DNA of 64,000 bases from Gemmatimonadota bacterium (GCA_020348925.1 CP070758.1:310001-374000); one strand, 5' to 3'; shown: positions 48,332-58,805, counted from the stretch's first letter. The notes: generated by a model not told the origin, from the letters alone. Made by a program: numbers and translations.

Positions 48332-50295
48332 TGACCGCGAGTGTTATCTTTCCCTCTCGAACCGGCGGCCACACGGTAGAGAAACATTCCCAGGGCAGTG
48401 AAGAATATGACGGATATGATCTGACCCACCCACTGCGGGCTCCAGGCTATTTCAAATAACTTCGGAGTTTTTGACATGATGACGGCCAGAACGGCAATAA
48501 CCACCCCCATCAACCCTTCTCCTGCAATGAATCCTGATCCGAGCAGAATGCCTTGGTCTTTCCCTTTCTCGGTCTTATCTTTGTCCGCACCGTATTTTTT
48601 CTCGATGAAATGCCGTATCATACCACCGATGAATACCGGTGTCATGGTATACAGAGGAAGATACATACCGACGGCAAAGGGAAGAGGAGGGACCTTCAGA
48701 AAAAGGACGAGGACAGCAAAAACTGCGCCGACCCCGATGAGCTCCCATCGAAGATTGGCATCAAGTACCCCGTCGAGAACCGTTTTCATCAACGTCGCCT
48801 GAGGGGCCGGCAGGGCTTCAGTGCCAAAACCGTAGGCCTTGCCCAAATAATAGACGGCCAGGGCAACGAAAAATGCGGAGCCGGTGGCACCGATCACCTC
48901 GCTGATCTGCTGCTTCCTGGGCGTAGCGCCGATCAGAAAACCCGCTTTCAGGTCCTGCGAGATATCCCCGGCAATGGAGGCAGCGATGCAGACGATGGTC
49001 CCGATGGTGAGGGCCGTTATCTTGCCCGTCAGATCCGTCCAGCCGAGAATCTGAAAAACGATGCCCGTGCCCAGGAGGGTTACGATGGCCATACCTGAGG
49101 TCGGGTTGGAGGAGACGCCCACCAACCCCACGATTCTCGACGATACCGTGACGAAACAGAAGGCGAAGATGGCGATGCACAGGGCGCTGCAGAATCTCAT
49201 GACGAGCCCTGTATCATGACCGATGATGCCCTTCACCCCGGTCACGACCACAATGACCACCGCCACCCCGAGCAGCACCCACTTCATGGACAGATCCCGC
49301 TCGGTCCTCAGTCTGCCCGCATCCAGAGCGGCCGCACTGGACCGGAGCTCCCTCAGGCCGATCCGCAATGAAGCGATCATGGTCGGTATGGACCGGGCAA
49401 CCGTAATGATCCCGGCCGCCGCTACGGCACCGGCCCCAATAATCCGGATATATCCTTCCCAGATCTGTTTGGCTGACAATTCTCCGATCAGGGAGGCTGT
49501 CAGCCCTGGATCTCTGGACTGGAGGTACTTTAAGGTGTTCGGCCAGATTTCAGAATCCCCGAACTTCCAGGCAATGAAAGGGATAATAAGGACCCACGAA
49601 ACGAGGCCCCCGCCAACCATGATGGTTCCGATTCTCCGTCCCAGAATATATCCGACGCCCAGCAGGGCGGGTGTGGCGGAGACACCGACAACGGCTTTCT
49701 TGAGCAGGGGCAAGTGCAGCATGATCCTCGACGGCCAGAGATACAGCAGAGAAATCAAGCCCTTATAGAGCATACCGATGCCCATGCCGGCGAAGACGTT
49801 CTTCGCCGTGGAACCTCCCTCTGAGGCGGCCACCAGCACCTCGGCCGCGGCCGTCCCCTCGGGATAGGGAAGATGGTGGTGCTCCTTGACGATCAGGAAC
49901 CCTCTCAGGGGAATCATGAACAGCACCCCGAGGACCCCACCACACATGGCCAACAGCGTGATCTGAAGGAGTGATGGTTCATACCCCCACAGGAACAGGG
50001 CCGGTATGGTAAATATGATTCCGGACGCCAGCGAGGAACTCGCCGAGCCCGCTGTCTGCGAAATATTGCATTCCAGGATCGTTGACCGTCCAAACAGCGG
50101 TATGAGCACTCGGAGAATAGCGACCGACACAACAGCCAATGGAATCGCCGTGCTGATGGTCAGTCCGACGCGCAATCCCAAGTAGGCGTTGGCGCTCCCG
50201 AAGATGGCCCCGAGGAGAACCCCAAGGATGACGGTCTTGGGATTGAAGTCCCTCATCCGGACATCAGCAGGTACAAATGGTTTGTGTTCTTCCAT
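48328..50295 (-). CDS. OPT-family oligopeptide transporter
   Basis: [56 protein letters not shown]; start ATG 50295 after GGGAG. Confidence 0.92.
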   Translation of the reverse strand: MEEHKPFVPADVRMRDFNPKTVILGVLLGAIFGSANAYLGLRVGLTISTAIPLAVVSVAILRVLIPLFGRSTILECNISQTAGSASSSLASGIIFTIPALFLWGYEPSLLQITLLAMCGGVLGVLFMIPLRGFLIVKEHHHLPYPEGTAAAEVLVAASEGGSTAKNVFAGMGIGMLYKGLISLLYLWPSRIMLHLPLLKKAVVGVSATPALLGVGYILGRRIGTIMVGGGLVSWVLIIPFIAWKFGDSEIWPNTLKYLQSRDPGLTASLIGELSAKQIWEGYIRIIGAGAVAAAGIITVARSIPTMIASLRIGLRELRSSAAALDAGRLRTERDLSMKWVLLGVAVVIVVVTGVKGIIGHDTGLVMRFCSALCIAIFAFCFVTVSSRIVGLVGVSSNPTSGMAIVTLLGTGIVFQILGWTDLTGKITALTIGTIVCIAASIAGDISQDLKAGFLIGATPRKQQISEVIGATGSAFFVALAVYYLGKAYGFGTEALPAPQATLMKTVLDGVLDANLRWELIGVGAVFAVLVLFLKVPPLPFAVGMYLPLYTMTPVFIGGMIRHFIEKKYGADKDKTEKGKDQGILLGSGFIAGEGLMGVVIAVLAVIMSKTPKLFEIAWSPQWVGQIISVIFFTALGMFLYRVAAGSRGKDNTRGQ

Positions 50296-50534
50296 CGCAT
50301 CCCTCCCTTCATGAAGAATATTGCCCCTGACATTAAACAATTTTTCTCATAAGATCAAGCAAAATCTTCACTAAAAAATAAATTTTGCCTGTCTTTCAAT
50401 TAAAAATCCTTGTACCTTTCTCCCATAATTTATTATATTTCAATTACCTAATGGTTGGGAGAGTGGACGAGACACAAAAAGTGCTCAAAGAGAACATTCT
50501 CTGTCATTGTGTAAGGATATACTGTTTCTTTTAA

Positions 50535-51152
50535 ATGGCACGCCACCTCTATATTGCGGGCAAAGTAATGTCAACTGCAGCTTTCCTTCTGGCAATGTTG
50601 AATTGTCGAAGAACAGTGGAGACATCGTTGCAAAAGCTGATTGGGGAACATCAATCCCGATACGAGAACTATGAAGTACAGGATGTGTACAAACTGATCT
50701 ACCAAGGTGTCTTCGGGGTAGCGCATATTTTAGAACATGAGGAGGCGGCATGGCAGTACCTCCAGAGGGAGTATGAATCTGTTGAACCGTCTGTTGAGGG
50801 GCCCCTCATGGAAAATATTTCCCTGAGTGGAGATGTCATCCGGATACATCTTCGCCCATTCAAAGCGAGTAAGGGTTCTCTCGAAAAGCTCTTTGAGGTG
50901 ATGGTTCAATCGGCACAGGAGATCCAGGGCAGTGAGGATGAGTTCATGAGCCTCTGGGATGAGTTTAACAATCTCGTCAAAACCGGAACACTTTCTTTTG
51001 ACAGCCGTATATTGGAAAAGTTCGATTCGGAGATGAGGGCCGCACGCTTTCCTCCTGTCCATCACTCTGAAGGCTACGAAGAGGTACACCGGCCTGCATA
51101 TAGAGTGGTAAAGCGAGTACTCTACGAAAGAGCCTTCGGGTCTCTCCGTTGA
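50535..51152 (+). CDS. Hypothetical protein
   Basis: Conserved-looking QDVYKLIYQG..G..H and PVHHSEGY...PAYRVV; possible lipoprotein signal. Confidence 0.7.
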   Translation: MARHLYIAGKVMSTAAFLLAMLNCRRTVETSLQKLIGEHQSRYENYEVQDVYKLIYQGVFGVAHILEHEEAAWQYLQREYESVEPSVEGPLMENISLSGDVIRIHLRPFKASKGSLEKLFEVMVQSAQEIQGSEDEFMSLWDEFNNLVKTGTLSFDSRILEKFDSEMRAARFPPVHHSEGYEEVHRPAYRVVKRVLYERAFGSLR

Positions 51153-52132
51153 TGAATGGAAAATGTCTCAAACATATGAATCGGTGTAGAATTCAAAAAG
51201 CAGTATTCATCCTGTTTGTACTTCTTGTCTCTTCCCTGACAGTTCATACGGCTGTTGCCGCTTCGCAGACCGTCCGGATAGTAGTATTACCTTTCGTCAG
51301 CGCGGAGGTCGATCCGAGTCTCTCGTCGTTAGCCGTGGAGAGAGTAAAGAGTGTCATTGTCGACGAGGGCCCTTTTCAACTCGTTTCATTTTCCAATTTT
51401 GACGAGATACAAACGTCTGCACCAAATGATTTTTCACAAAACGGATCGCTTCAACAGTTGATGAAAAAATACGACGTTGATATGGCTGTCGAAGGTCTTC
51501 TGGAAAGAGGAGAATCGGATGGCATCCGAATTCAAATTCGCATAACGACACGATCTTCAAGCTGGAGACCACCGACAACCCTGTCCGCGACTGCATCTAC
51601 CCCTGAATATGTCATCCCTCGAATTGAGAATCTTATTCGGCAGTTTCTCTCCCGTTATTACGATGAACAGAGTATGGAGCGTTTCTTCCAATCGGTTCTC
51701 GTGCCAGGGTTCGGCCAATTTCGGGAAGGATATAAATCTCGAGCGGGATTCTTCTTCTTCGGAACGATCGGACTTATTGCCGGATCCTTTTTGCTCTCCG
51801 ATGGAAATCCCTATGATGGTCAGGGTTCCGTCGAGTTTAAAAAAGGTTTAAACGGCTCTATTCATTGGTATATCGGTGATACGCCCGTATCGGCCGAGGA
51901 TGCTGAAGCGGAGCTTCAACGTCGGGCCGATGCTGAGGATTCTCGGGAAAAAGCGGAACGGAGAAAACTTTTCTTCATGGGTGCCGGCATCGCCCTTTAC
52001 GCTATTAACCTCTATGATATCCTGAAAATTACGAAGCGATACGACAAGCTTGAAGGCCTTTCTCTCAGCTTACATCTGAATCCTTTCTCTCCAGAAAAAG
52101 TGATGACTATCAACTGTTATTTCGACATATAG
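51149..52132 (+). CDS. Exported protein with TolB-N/CsgG-like N-region and DUF5683-like hydrophobic C-region
   Basis: Signal peptide, RIVVLPF, SVLVPGFGQF..G, C-terminal beta tail. Confidence 0.6.
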   Translation: MMNGKCLKHMNRCRIQKAVFILFVLLVSSLTVHTAVAASQTVRIVVLPFVSAEVDPSLSSLAVERVKSVIVDEGPFQLVSFSNFDEIQTSAPNDFSQNGSLQQLMKKYDVDMAVEGLLERGESDGIRIQIRITTRSSSWRPPTTLSATASTPEYVIPRIENLIRQFLSRYYDEQSMERFFQSVLVPGFGQFREGYKSRAGFFFFGTIGLIAGSFLLSDGNPYDGQGSVEFKKGLNGSIHWYIGDTPVSAEDAEAELQRRADAEDSREKAERRKLFFMGAGIALYAINLYDILKITKRYDKLEGLSLSLHLNPFSPEKVMTINCYFDI

Positions 52133-52415
52133 GACTCCCTTCCCTCTCGGCATTGAAACCGAAAAGAGAGTTTTTCTCTTGCCCAATATATTATGAAGCA
52201 CTACTTTTTACATCGCGGGAATTCAACAAGTTTCCACGATGTGGGGATCGTTTGAAGTCTCTCGGTCGATCGTGATTCAGGTGTATCGGCGGAGTAGGTC
52301 GAGTCCAGATCTCCCTCGGGAAGGGGTGGTGAGACCTTTTGGATCAGTCAGAGACTGAAGAGAGTGAAATTCTGTAATAATATTATTTGTATTCACGTTA
52401 CACGGGAGGTTCTTC

Positions 52416-52577
52416 ATGAAAAAGCGTGTTGCACAAAAAATCTTAAGATACAGAGATCGGCTTCACTATTCAGAGCCTCAAATGAAAAGGGCTGAGGAAA
52501 CGTTGAAGGAAATAGAGAAAAGGAGATCCAAGAGGAAGGGTAAGAAACCAGAGCAACGGGCAGAGACTCAAGAATGA
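52416..52577 (+). CDS. Small basic protein (53 aa), absent from the ORF track
   Basis: RBS GGGAGG 6 nt before the ATG; MKKRVAQKILRYRDRLHYSEPQMKRAEETLKEIEKRRSKRKGKKPEQRAETQE; stop overlaps the next start (ATGA). Confidence 0.7.
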   Translation: MKKRVAQKILRYRDRLHYSEPQMKRAEETLKEIEKRRSKRKGKKPEQRAETQE

Positions 52578-53497
52578 ACACTTTCCCGCAAGATGAAAAT
52601 TTAAAGACTCCAAGCTCGATGCTTCCCTCTGAAGCGGACAATAACCAATCCCCCCCCTCTCTCCGCGAAGCGATCGGGCTCTATCTCCTCTGCCTGGGAC
52701 TGATGCTCAGCGCCGGACTCCTTCTTCAAGCAGCCGATCTGAGGATAGGTCTCATTGTCACTGAAGGAGGATTGATTCTGCTTCCCACCCTCTATTTCAT
52801 TCAAAAAAACCGCCGCTCCTATCGCCAGGTCCTTCATCTGAAGTGGGTCAGCCCTCAGATCCTGCTTTTAACATTTCTGATCACTGTCCCTTTTCGCATC
52901 TGCTCCTTTCTTGTCAGTGCAATCGTTCAAACCGTTTTCCCCATGCCGGATTTCATTTTGCGCAGCCTGGAACATATGTACGCCGAACTCATGTTCCCTT
53001 CGAACACAATGGAGCTTTTCTTGAGTATGCTCGGCATCGTTATCATGGCCGCTCTCTGTGAAGAGGTGATGTTCCGGGGATTTATTCTGAAAGTCTTTCT
53101 GAAGAGGACGGGCACCTGGAGTGCCATTGTTATCTCTGCCGTTGGATTCGCTTTCTATCATCTCGATCCGTGGGCCATTCCAGAGATCATCATAATCGGT
53201 ATTTTCCTCGGCTGGCTTGTCGTTCGGACTGGTTCGATCTTCCCGGCCATGATCGCCCACGCCTCCTTCAATTTTCTCGGCATCTTTCTTCTCCCAAAAA
53301 TTTTCGGAGTTAAGACAATTGACGATTTTTTCCGGATCTCATTTCCCATCTATGTCTATCCTATTGCCTTCGTTATCTTGATCATCCTCCTTTACGTTTT
53401 TATCGAACACACGCACTCAAAAGCTGTCGCCGACGAGAGTACGACAACGGGAAAAATTCGTAACATCGAGCCTAACGGATTCTATCAGGGAGGATAA
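52574..53497 (+). CDS. CPBP (Abi/CAAX-like) intramembrane protease
   Basis: EEVMFRG, FAFYH, H..FN motifs; multiple TMs. Confidence 0.9.
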   Translation: MNTFPQDENLKTPSSMLPSEADNNQSPPSLREAIGLYLLCLGLMLSAGLLLQAADLRIGLIVTEGGLILLPTLYFIQKNRRSYRQVLHLKWVSPQILLLTFLITVPFRICSFLVSAIVQTVFPMPDFILRSLEHMYAELMFPSNTMELFLSMLGIVIMAALCEEVMFRGFILKVFLKRTGTWSAIVISAVGFAFYHLDPWAIPEIIIIGIFLGWLVVRTGSIFPAMIAHASFNFLGIFLLPKIFGVKTIDDFFRISFPIYVYPIAFVILIILLYVFIEHTHSKAVADESTTTGKIRNIEPNGFYQGG

Positions 53498-53507
53498 AGT
53501 ATACCTC

Positions 53508-54206
53508 ATGAGAACGAACGACTTGACAGTCATGATTCTGTTGTTTCTTGCTCTATCACCAACCATGCTCAACTGTAAGAGCAAAACCCAGACACGTGAT
53601 GCGGACAACAGGATAATTGCCCTGCCGGAGCCGGAACTCGCAGGTGCCTTGAGCTTAGAGGAGACACTCTCTCTCCGGCGATCCGTTCGGAGTTATTCCG
53701 AGGAGCCGTTAACGCTTCCTGAGCTTTCCCAACTCCTGTGGGCCGCCCAGGGAATCACGTCGGACGAAGGATATCGGACCGCCCCATCGGCCGGAGCGCT
53801 TTATCCGTTGGAGATCTATGCGTTGGTTGGCCATGTTGAAGGCCTCGCCTCCGGCCTCTTCAAATACCTTCCCTCCGATCATGCTCTTCAATTAATAAAA
53901 TCCGGTGATATAAGAGGGGACCTTTTTGATGAGGCTCTCCAACAGAGCCAAATTAATGAGGCCGCGGTGAACATTGTCATCACGGCTCTCTTTGAGCGAA
54001 CAACGAAAAAATATGGCGAAAGAGGGGTGCGCTATGTCTCTATGGAGGTCGGGCACGTCGGGCAGAACATCTGCCTCCAGGCGCAGAGCCTCAATCTGGG
54101 CGCGTGTCCCATCGGGGCCTTCGAAGATGAGGGCGTGAAGAAGGTTCTTGGGCTGTCAACAGAGGAGGAACCGCTGTATATCCTATCCATAGGAAAGCCT
54201 TGGTAG
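53508..54206 (+). CDS. SagB/ThcOx-like nitroreductase-fold protein with signal/lipoprotein-like N-terminus
   Basis: RRSVR.Y, LSQLLWAAQG, RTAPSAGALYPLE, KYGERG.RY..MEVGH.GQN. Confidence 0.88.
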   Translation: MRTNDLTVMILLFLALSPTMLNCKSKTQTRDADNRIIALPEPELAGALSLEETLSLRRSVRSYSEEPLTLPELSQLLWAAQGITSDEGYRTAPSAGALYPLEIYALVGHVEGLASGLFKYLPSDHALQLIKSGDIRGDLFDEALQQSQINEAAVNIVITALFERTTKKYGERGVRYVSMEVGHVGQNICLQAQSLNLGACPIGAFEDEGVKKVLGLSTEEEPLYILSIGKPW

Positions 54207-55381
54207 ACGTGAATACCAGGGTCGCTGTGGTTCGAACTCAGAGGAACTATTCGGAGGTTGAAGAGGCTGTTCGTGAGGCCCTCGATCTCATCGGTGGACC
54301 TGGGTCATTCATTCAGTCCGACCAAGACATACTCATCAAGCCCAATCTTTTGAACACAAAAGGCGGTGAATCTGGAATGACGACCGATTCCCGGGTAACA
54401 GCTACCTTGGTTAAGATCGCCAGGGAGCAGGGATCAAAAGTTGTCGTGGGGGATTCATCAGGAATGCGGTTTCACGGAGCCAGTGAGCGTGTGATCCGGG
54501 AGACAGGCACGCGGAGTGCCTGCGAAGCTGCAGGGGGACAGGTCGTAAGCTTCGACTCCACACCTTCACTGAGGGTCGAGATCCCCGACGCACGCATATT
54601 AAAGGAGTGTTACGTTGCACAACCGGCAATCGAGGCCGACGTTATTATTACTGTCCCAAAGTTTAAAAGCCACGCTCTGACAAAGTTCACAGGAGCGGTG
54701 AAAAACCAATTGGGGTGCCTGCCCGGGGGACAGAAGACCATCGCCCATAGGCTCGGTTCGACCCCTGAACGTTTCGCCCAACTCCTGGTCGATCTTTACA
54801 CGATCATCAGGCCACGGCTCGCCGTTATGGACGCCGTCGTTGGTATCGGCGGCTTGTGGCGCTCCACGGACCGGCTGACACCGGGATTGATCATTGCGGG
54901 AGAGGATGCGGTGGCCGTTGACGCCGTCGCCGTCAGAATAGGAGGGTTCGACCCCGGGGACGTCCCGACGCTCCGAATTGCTGCCGAATCCGGGCTCGGC
55001 GTCGCAGACCTCAATTGCATTGAGATTGCAGGTTCCAGATTGGAGGACATTGCGCCCGCCCACCTCGTCTCGAATCGCCGGATATCAGATCTTTTCGGTT
55101 TTCTTTTTTCAACCCTCAGCCAGTTCTTTATTTCGAAACAGAATCCCAAGGTGCATCCCGAGAAGTGTACGGGTTGCACCCATTGTCTGGAAGTATGTCC
55201 GGTCGAAGCTATTTCCATGGCCTCCGATCGTCCCCTTTTCAATCTCGACGAGTGCATCCGCTGTTTCTGTTGTCATGAGCTCTGTCCCCAGCAGGCTGTC
55301 GGCATAGACTGGGGCCTTTTGGGAAACCGTGTCATGGGACGAAGCAGGTCGTCACAAACATCCGCTGAAACCATTCCCTGA
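54200..55381 (+). CDS. DUF362 protein with C-terminal 2[4Fe-4S] domain
   Basis: LIKPNL, PKFKSH..T.FTGAVKN..G, DAVAVD; CTGCTHC..CP and CIRCFCC..CP. Confidence 0.88.
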   Translation: MVDVNTRVAVVRTQRNYSEVEEAVREALDLIGGPGSFIQSDQDILIKPNLLNTKGGESGMTTDSRVTATLVKIAREQGSKVVVGDSSGMRFHGASERVIRETGTRSACEAAGGQVVSFDSTPSLRVEIPDARILKECYVAQPAIEADVIITVPKFKSHALTKFTGAVKNQLGCLPGGQKTIAHRLGSTPERFAQLLVDLYTIIRPRLAVMDAVVGIGGLWRSTDRLTPGLIIAGEDAVAVDAVAVRIGGFDPGDVPTLRIAAESGLGVADLNCIEIAGSRLEDIAPAHLVSNRRISDLFGFLFSTLSQFFISKQNPKVHPEKCTGCTHCLEVCPVEAISMASDRPLFNLDECIRCFCCHELCPQQAVGIDWGLLGNRVMGRSRSSQTSAETIP

Positions 55382-55616
55382 AAGGTTTTGTCCTGAGGAC
55401 CCTATAATTTCAGATTTTTCTAATTCCTCCAAAAGCTCTTGACTTTCAACAAAGACGCACTCATATTATACGACACAACGCTTTAGGGTGTTCAAGAACG
55501 AGAGGTTCCCTTGCCTCGAGGTGGAGCCCCCCTCGTGAGCAGCAAAGGTCCCCTCGGAGAGCTCCGTGGTGAATCTCCTGTCGACCCAACTCAGTCGATG
55601 GAGGAGGAAAGTCAAA

Positions 55617-55826
55617 ATGAAAATCAGCGCCCGCAATGTTTTGAAAGGCAAAGTGAAGAGGCTCACCCACGGAATGGTAACTTCAGAAGCTGTCATTGAA
55701 CTTCAGGACGGGACCGAGATCGTATCGGTGATAACCAAACAATCGGCCCAAGACCTAAAACTGTCCGTGGGTATGGAAGTGCATACTGTCATCAAGGCCT
55801 CAAACGTGATGATTGCAGTGGATTGA
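55617..55826 (+). CDS. Molbindin/Mop (single TOBE domain)
   Basis: MKISARNVLKGKV..SVIT..S..L.L..G..V..VIKASNV; RBS GGAGGAGG. Confidence 0.92.
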   Translation: MKISARNVLKGKVKRLTHGMVTSEAVIELQDGTEIVSVITKQSAQDLKLSVGMEVHTVIKASNVMIAVD

Positions 55827-55934
55827 TGACAGGCCTTTTCTCAGGTACACTGTTGCTTTTACGATCTTTCGAAAAGTCCAAAGTTTCCTACGACAAAGTT
55901 ATTGGCACTGAACTCTTGAAGGGAGGTGAGATCG

Positions 55935-56114
55935 ATGCTGAGTTGTCACGACATGAAGGCAGGGGACATTTACATCTGTGAAGAGTGCGGTCTCGAACTG
56001 CAGGTTGTGAAAGAATGCTCGGAATGTGAGACTTCCACTGAATCGTGCGGCTGCGAAGACACAACCTCCGACTGCGTCTTCTCTTGCTGTGGCAAGGAGC
56101 TGTTGAAAAAGTGA
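55935..56114 (+). CDS. Small Cys-rich protein (desulforedoxin-like with Cys-rich insert)
   Basis: RBS GGGAGGT; YICEECGLELQVV..CCGKEL; 10 Cys in 59 aa. Confidence 0.75.
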   Translation: MLSCHDMKAGDIYICEECGLELQVVKECSECETSTESCGCEDTTSDCVFSCCGKELLKK

Positions 56115-56177
56115 CTCTCCGAACAGTCCATTTTCAGGCTTATCATGTGATGCTTTGCCATATAAGGAGAAGAGACA

Positions 56178-56387
56178 ATGCCCGAACACGTCTACAAAGT
56201 GATTGAATTGACGGGATCCTCGAAAAAGGGATTGCAGGATGCCATTGAAAACGCCATCGCCCGCGCTTCGAAAACGGTTCGAAACATGAGATGGTTTGAA
56301 ATTACAGACACCCGGGGCCATATTGAAGAAGGAAAAGTGGCCTACTGGCAGGTAACCCTGAAGGTCGGCTTCACACTGGAAGAGTGA
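56178..56387 (+). CDS. Dodecin (flavin-binding)
   Basis: [43 protein letters not shown]. Confidence 0.93.
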   Translation: MPEHVYKVIELTGSSKKGLQDAIENAIARASKTVRNMRWFEITDTRGHIEEGKVAYWQVTLKVGFTLEE

Positions 56388-56513
56388 CCAAAACCTCGAG
56401 ATGGGGGTTACATCTTTGATCTTTGATAGCTATTCTTCACAGGGCGGACGGTTTCACTGTCCGCCCTTCTACATACTTCGAATTCAGATCTGCAAGTCGA
56501 GTGAGCGTGATAC

Positions 56514-57560
56514 ATGCCCACAACAGAAAAAAACAGAATCCTTGTCGCATTATTAGCCATACTTGCCCTCGTGGCAGTGGGATTTGTATTGAAAAGTGCC
56601 AAGGCCGTCATCCTGCCACTCATGATCGCCTGGCTGCTTTCGTACATACTCACCCCTATCATCAACGTCCTGGTTCGAATGAAGGTACCGACAACCCTTT
56701 CTGTTTTCCTTGTTCTTATCCTACTGCTCGGCATTTTTTACCTTGGGGGGGTCCTCATTCAGGAGCGAGTAACAGCCTTTGCCAAAGAGTATCCAAAGTA
56801 CCAGTTACGATTTGCTGAGATTACGAATGCTGTAAAAAGCAGTATAAAAATTCCGGCAAATTTTTTCCAAGGGATTCAGATCGGTCAGAAAGTCGGAACC
56901 TTCGTTGTTCGCCTCTCCGGGTCCCTCATGAATTTTTTCTCAAATCTCATGATGGTATTGATCTTCTTGATGTTCTTGTTGCTCGCAAAACCGTACTTCA
57001 AGTTCAAAATCAAAAAAGCTTTTTCGTCGGATCAGGCCGACCGGGTGAGCCGCATCATCGAATCCATTTCCAAGCAGATCGGCAGTTACCTGGCTCTTCA
57101 GTTTTGTATAAGTTTAACAACGGGGGTCCTCGTCTGGTTAGCACTGGTTGTAATCGGAGTGGATTTTGCTGCGACATGGGGAATCTTGGCCTTCATCCTC
57201 AACTTCATTCCCACAGTTGGATCGATTATTGCTTCCCTTCTCCCTGTTCTCGTGGCCACGATACAGTTTTATCCGAGTTATTGGACACCTATCATCTGCC
57301 TTGTTTCGATGTTAATCATTCAAATGATTATGGGGAATGTCGTTTCGCCGAAGGTCATGGGAGACAGGCTGAACCTGAGTCCGGTGGCCATTCTCCTGTC
57401 GCTGCTCTTCTGGGGGTGGCTCTGGGGCATTATAGGCGCATTGCTCTCCGTCCCCTTTACGGCAGCCATCATGATCGTCTGCGAAAACATCGAGCCCCTT
57501 CAGCCCATCAGCATCATGATGGGCTCGGGCAAGAGATATCAGAAAGAGTTCACATCATAG
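56514..57560 (+). CDS. AI-2E (PerM-like) family transporter
   Basis: LNFIPTVGS, GNVVSPKVMG..LNLSP, WGWLWGIIGALLSVP. Confidence 0.9.
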   Translation: MPTTEKNRILVALLAILALVAVGFVLKSAKAVILPLMIAWLLSYILTPIINVLVRMKVPTTLSVFLVLILLLGIFYLGGVLIQERVTAFAKEYPKYQLRFAEITNAVKSSIKIPANFFQGIQIGQKVGTFVVRLSGSLMNFFSNLMMVLIFLMFLLLAKPYFKFKIKKAFSSDQADRVSRIIESISKQIGSYLALQFCISLTTGVLVWLALVVIGVDFAATWGILAFILNFIPTVGSIIASLLPVLVATIQFYPSYWTPIICLVSMLIIQMIMGNVVSPKVMGDRLNLSPVAILLSLLFWGWLWGIIGALLSVPFTAAIMIVCENIEPLQPISIMMGSGKRYQKEFTS

Positions 57561-57580
57561 AACACCATATCCTGCGACGG

Positions 57581-58444
57581 GTGAACGTGCGAAAAAAATT
57601 TATTGTTCCGGCAATCCTCGTTGTGTTGAGTCTCATCGCACTTGGTTATTATGTAACATCTCAGATAGGCACGAACGAGATCCCCTCTGATCAAGGCATC
57701 TCGCCTGATTCCACGAGCTTCGATGATACGACGGGTTCATATGCATTGAGATCCTATACGTACAAGATCGTCAATATCTATCCTCACGATCAAGGTGCGT
57801 TCACTCAGGGATTGGCCTTCGCAGACGGAATTTTATACGAGGGAACAGGGGGTGTGGGAATATCGACCCTTCGCAAGGTGGACTTGGAAACAGGCAAGGT
57901 GATACAGCAACAGCGTCTTCCGAACAATTTCTTCGGAGAAGGGGTGACCGTCTACAAAGATCATGTGATGCAACTGACGTATCTGAGCAAGATAGGATTC
58001 GTCTACGACAAGCAACGTTTTACGGTCCTCCAACGCTTCAATTACCCAACGGAAGGCTGGGGGTTGACCCATGATGGGACGCACCTCATCATGAGCGATG
58101 GAACGGCGACGTTGTACCTCCTCGATCCTGAGACCTTTGAGAACAGGGGGAAAATTGCGGTCTATGATGACAATGGCCCTGTGCCTTTTCTCAACGAGCT
58201 GGAATACGTCAAGGGATACATTTACGCCAACGTCTGGCAATCGGACGACATCGCCATCATCTCCCCGGAGACGGGTCAGGTCGAGGGTTATATCCATTTA
58301 CAAGGGCTCATCGATCCAGCGTCGATCCAGGAGCCAATCGACGTCCTCAACGGCATCGCCTACGACTCGAAGAAGGACCGCTTATTCGTAACCGGCAAGC
58401 TCTGGCCTGAGCTCTTTGAAATTGAGTTGGTGCCCCTGAAGTAA
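57581..58444 (+). CDS. Glutaminyl-peptide cyclotransferase (beta-propeller type)
   Basis: YPHD..AFTQGL, FGEG, EGWGLT, LNELEY, ANVW, VLNGIAYD, TGKLWP; N-terminal anchor; start moved to GTG 57581. Confidence 0.92.
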   Translation: MNVRKKFIVPAILVVLSLIALGYYVTSQIGTNEIPSDQGISPDSTSFDDTTGSYALRSYTYKIVNIYPHDQGAFTQGLAFADGILYEGTGGVGISTLRKVDLETGKVIQQQRLPNNFFGEGVTVYKDHVMQLTYLSKIGFVYDKQRFTVLQRFNYPTEGWGLTHDGTHLIMSDGTATLYLLDPETFENRGKIAVYDDNGPVPFLNELEYVKGYIYANVWQSDDIAIISPETGQVEGYIHLQGLIDPASIQEPIDVLNGIAYDSKKDRLFVTGKLWPELFEIELVPLK

Positions 58445-58542
58445 TTGAGAAGTACCGACGTACGAAACCTGACCTGAAAATCATAATGGTACCCAATTTT
58501 CTGTTTCCGTGATGGTTTCAATTTTATCCAAGAGAGGCAAAA

Positions 58543-58746
58543 ATGAACGTTGGAGAAAGCATAAATCTGCGAGTGAGAAAGCTCGGTCTTGTGGACGTGA
58601 AGTTGGCCCAAGGGTGTGCTATCTTTCTCACCCTCATTATCGTTAAACTCTTACCTGAAATTATGAACATCAGCATCTGGTGGTTCATAGGACTATTGTT
58701 TCTGTGCGCCATCAAACCGATCTACACGTTTATTGGACAGAAGTGA
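58543..58746 (+). CDS. Small two-TM hypothetical protein
   Basis: RBS GAGAGG; KL...DVKL.Q motif and two hydrophobic segments. Confidence 0.6.
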   Translation: MNVGESINLRVRKLGLVDVKLAQGCAIFLTLIIVKLLPEIMNISIWWFIGLLFLCAIKPIYTFIGQK

Positions 58747-58805
58747 ACGATCCCGGGCCAGGCACTTCCAACATGCCTGACCCGTCGATACGAAGAGGAG
58801 GCAGA

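Noticed and set aside
52416-54206. Small ORF + CPBP protease + SagB-like gene as an azole RiPP cluster
   Set aside because: No YcaO or E1-like gene, the peptide has no Cys/Ser/Thr-rich core, and stand-alone SagB-like proteins are common
55455-55482. ModE-box-like sequence at the mop promoter
   Set aside because: Only the right half-site (ACACAACG) resembles the consensus
2261-57580. Long N-terminal extensions in the ORF track (2261, 16078, 57104 and others)
   Set aside because: Downstream starts have an RBS and/or signal peptide; the extensions run through repeats or neighbouring genes
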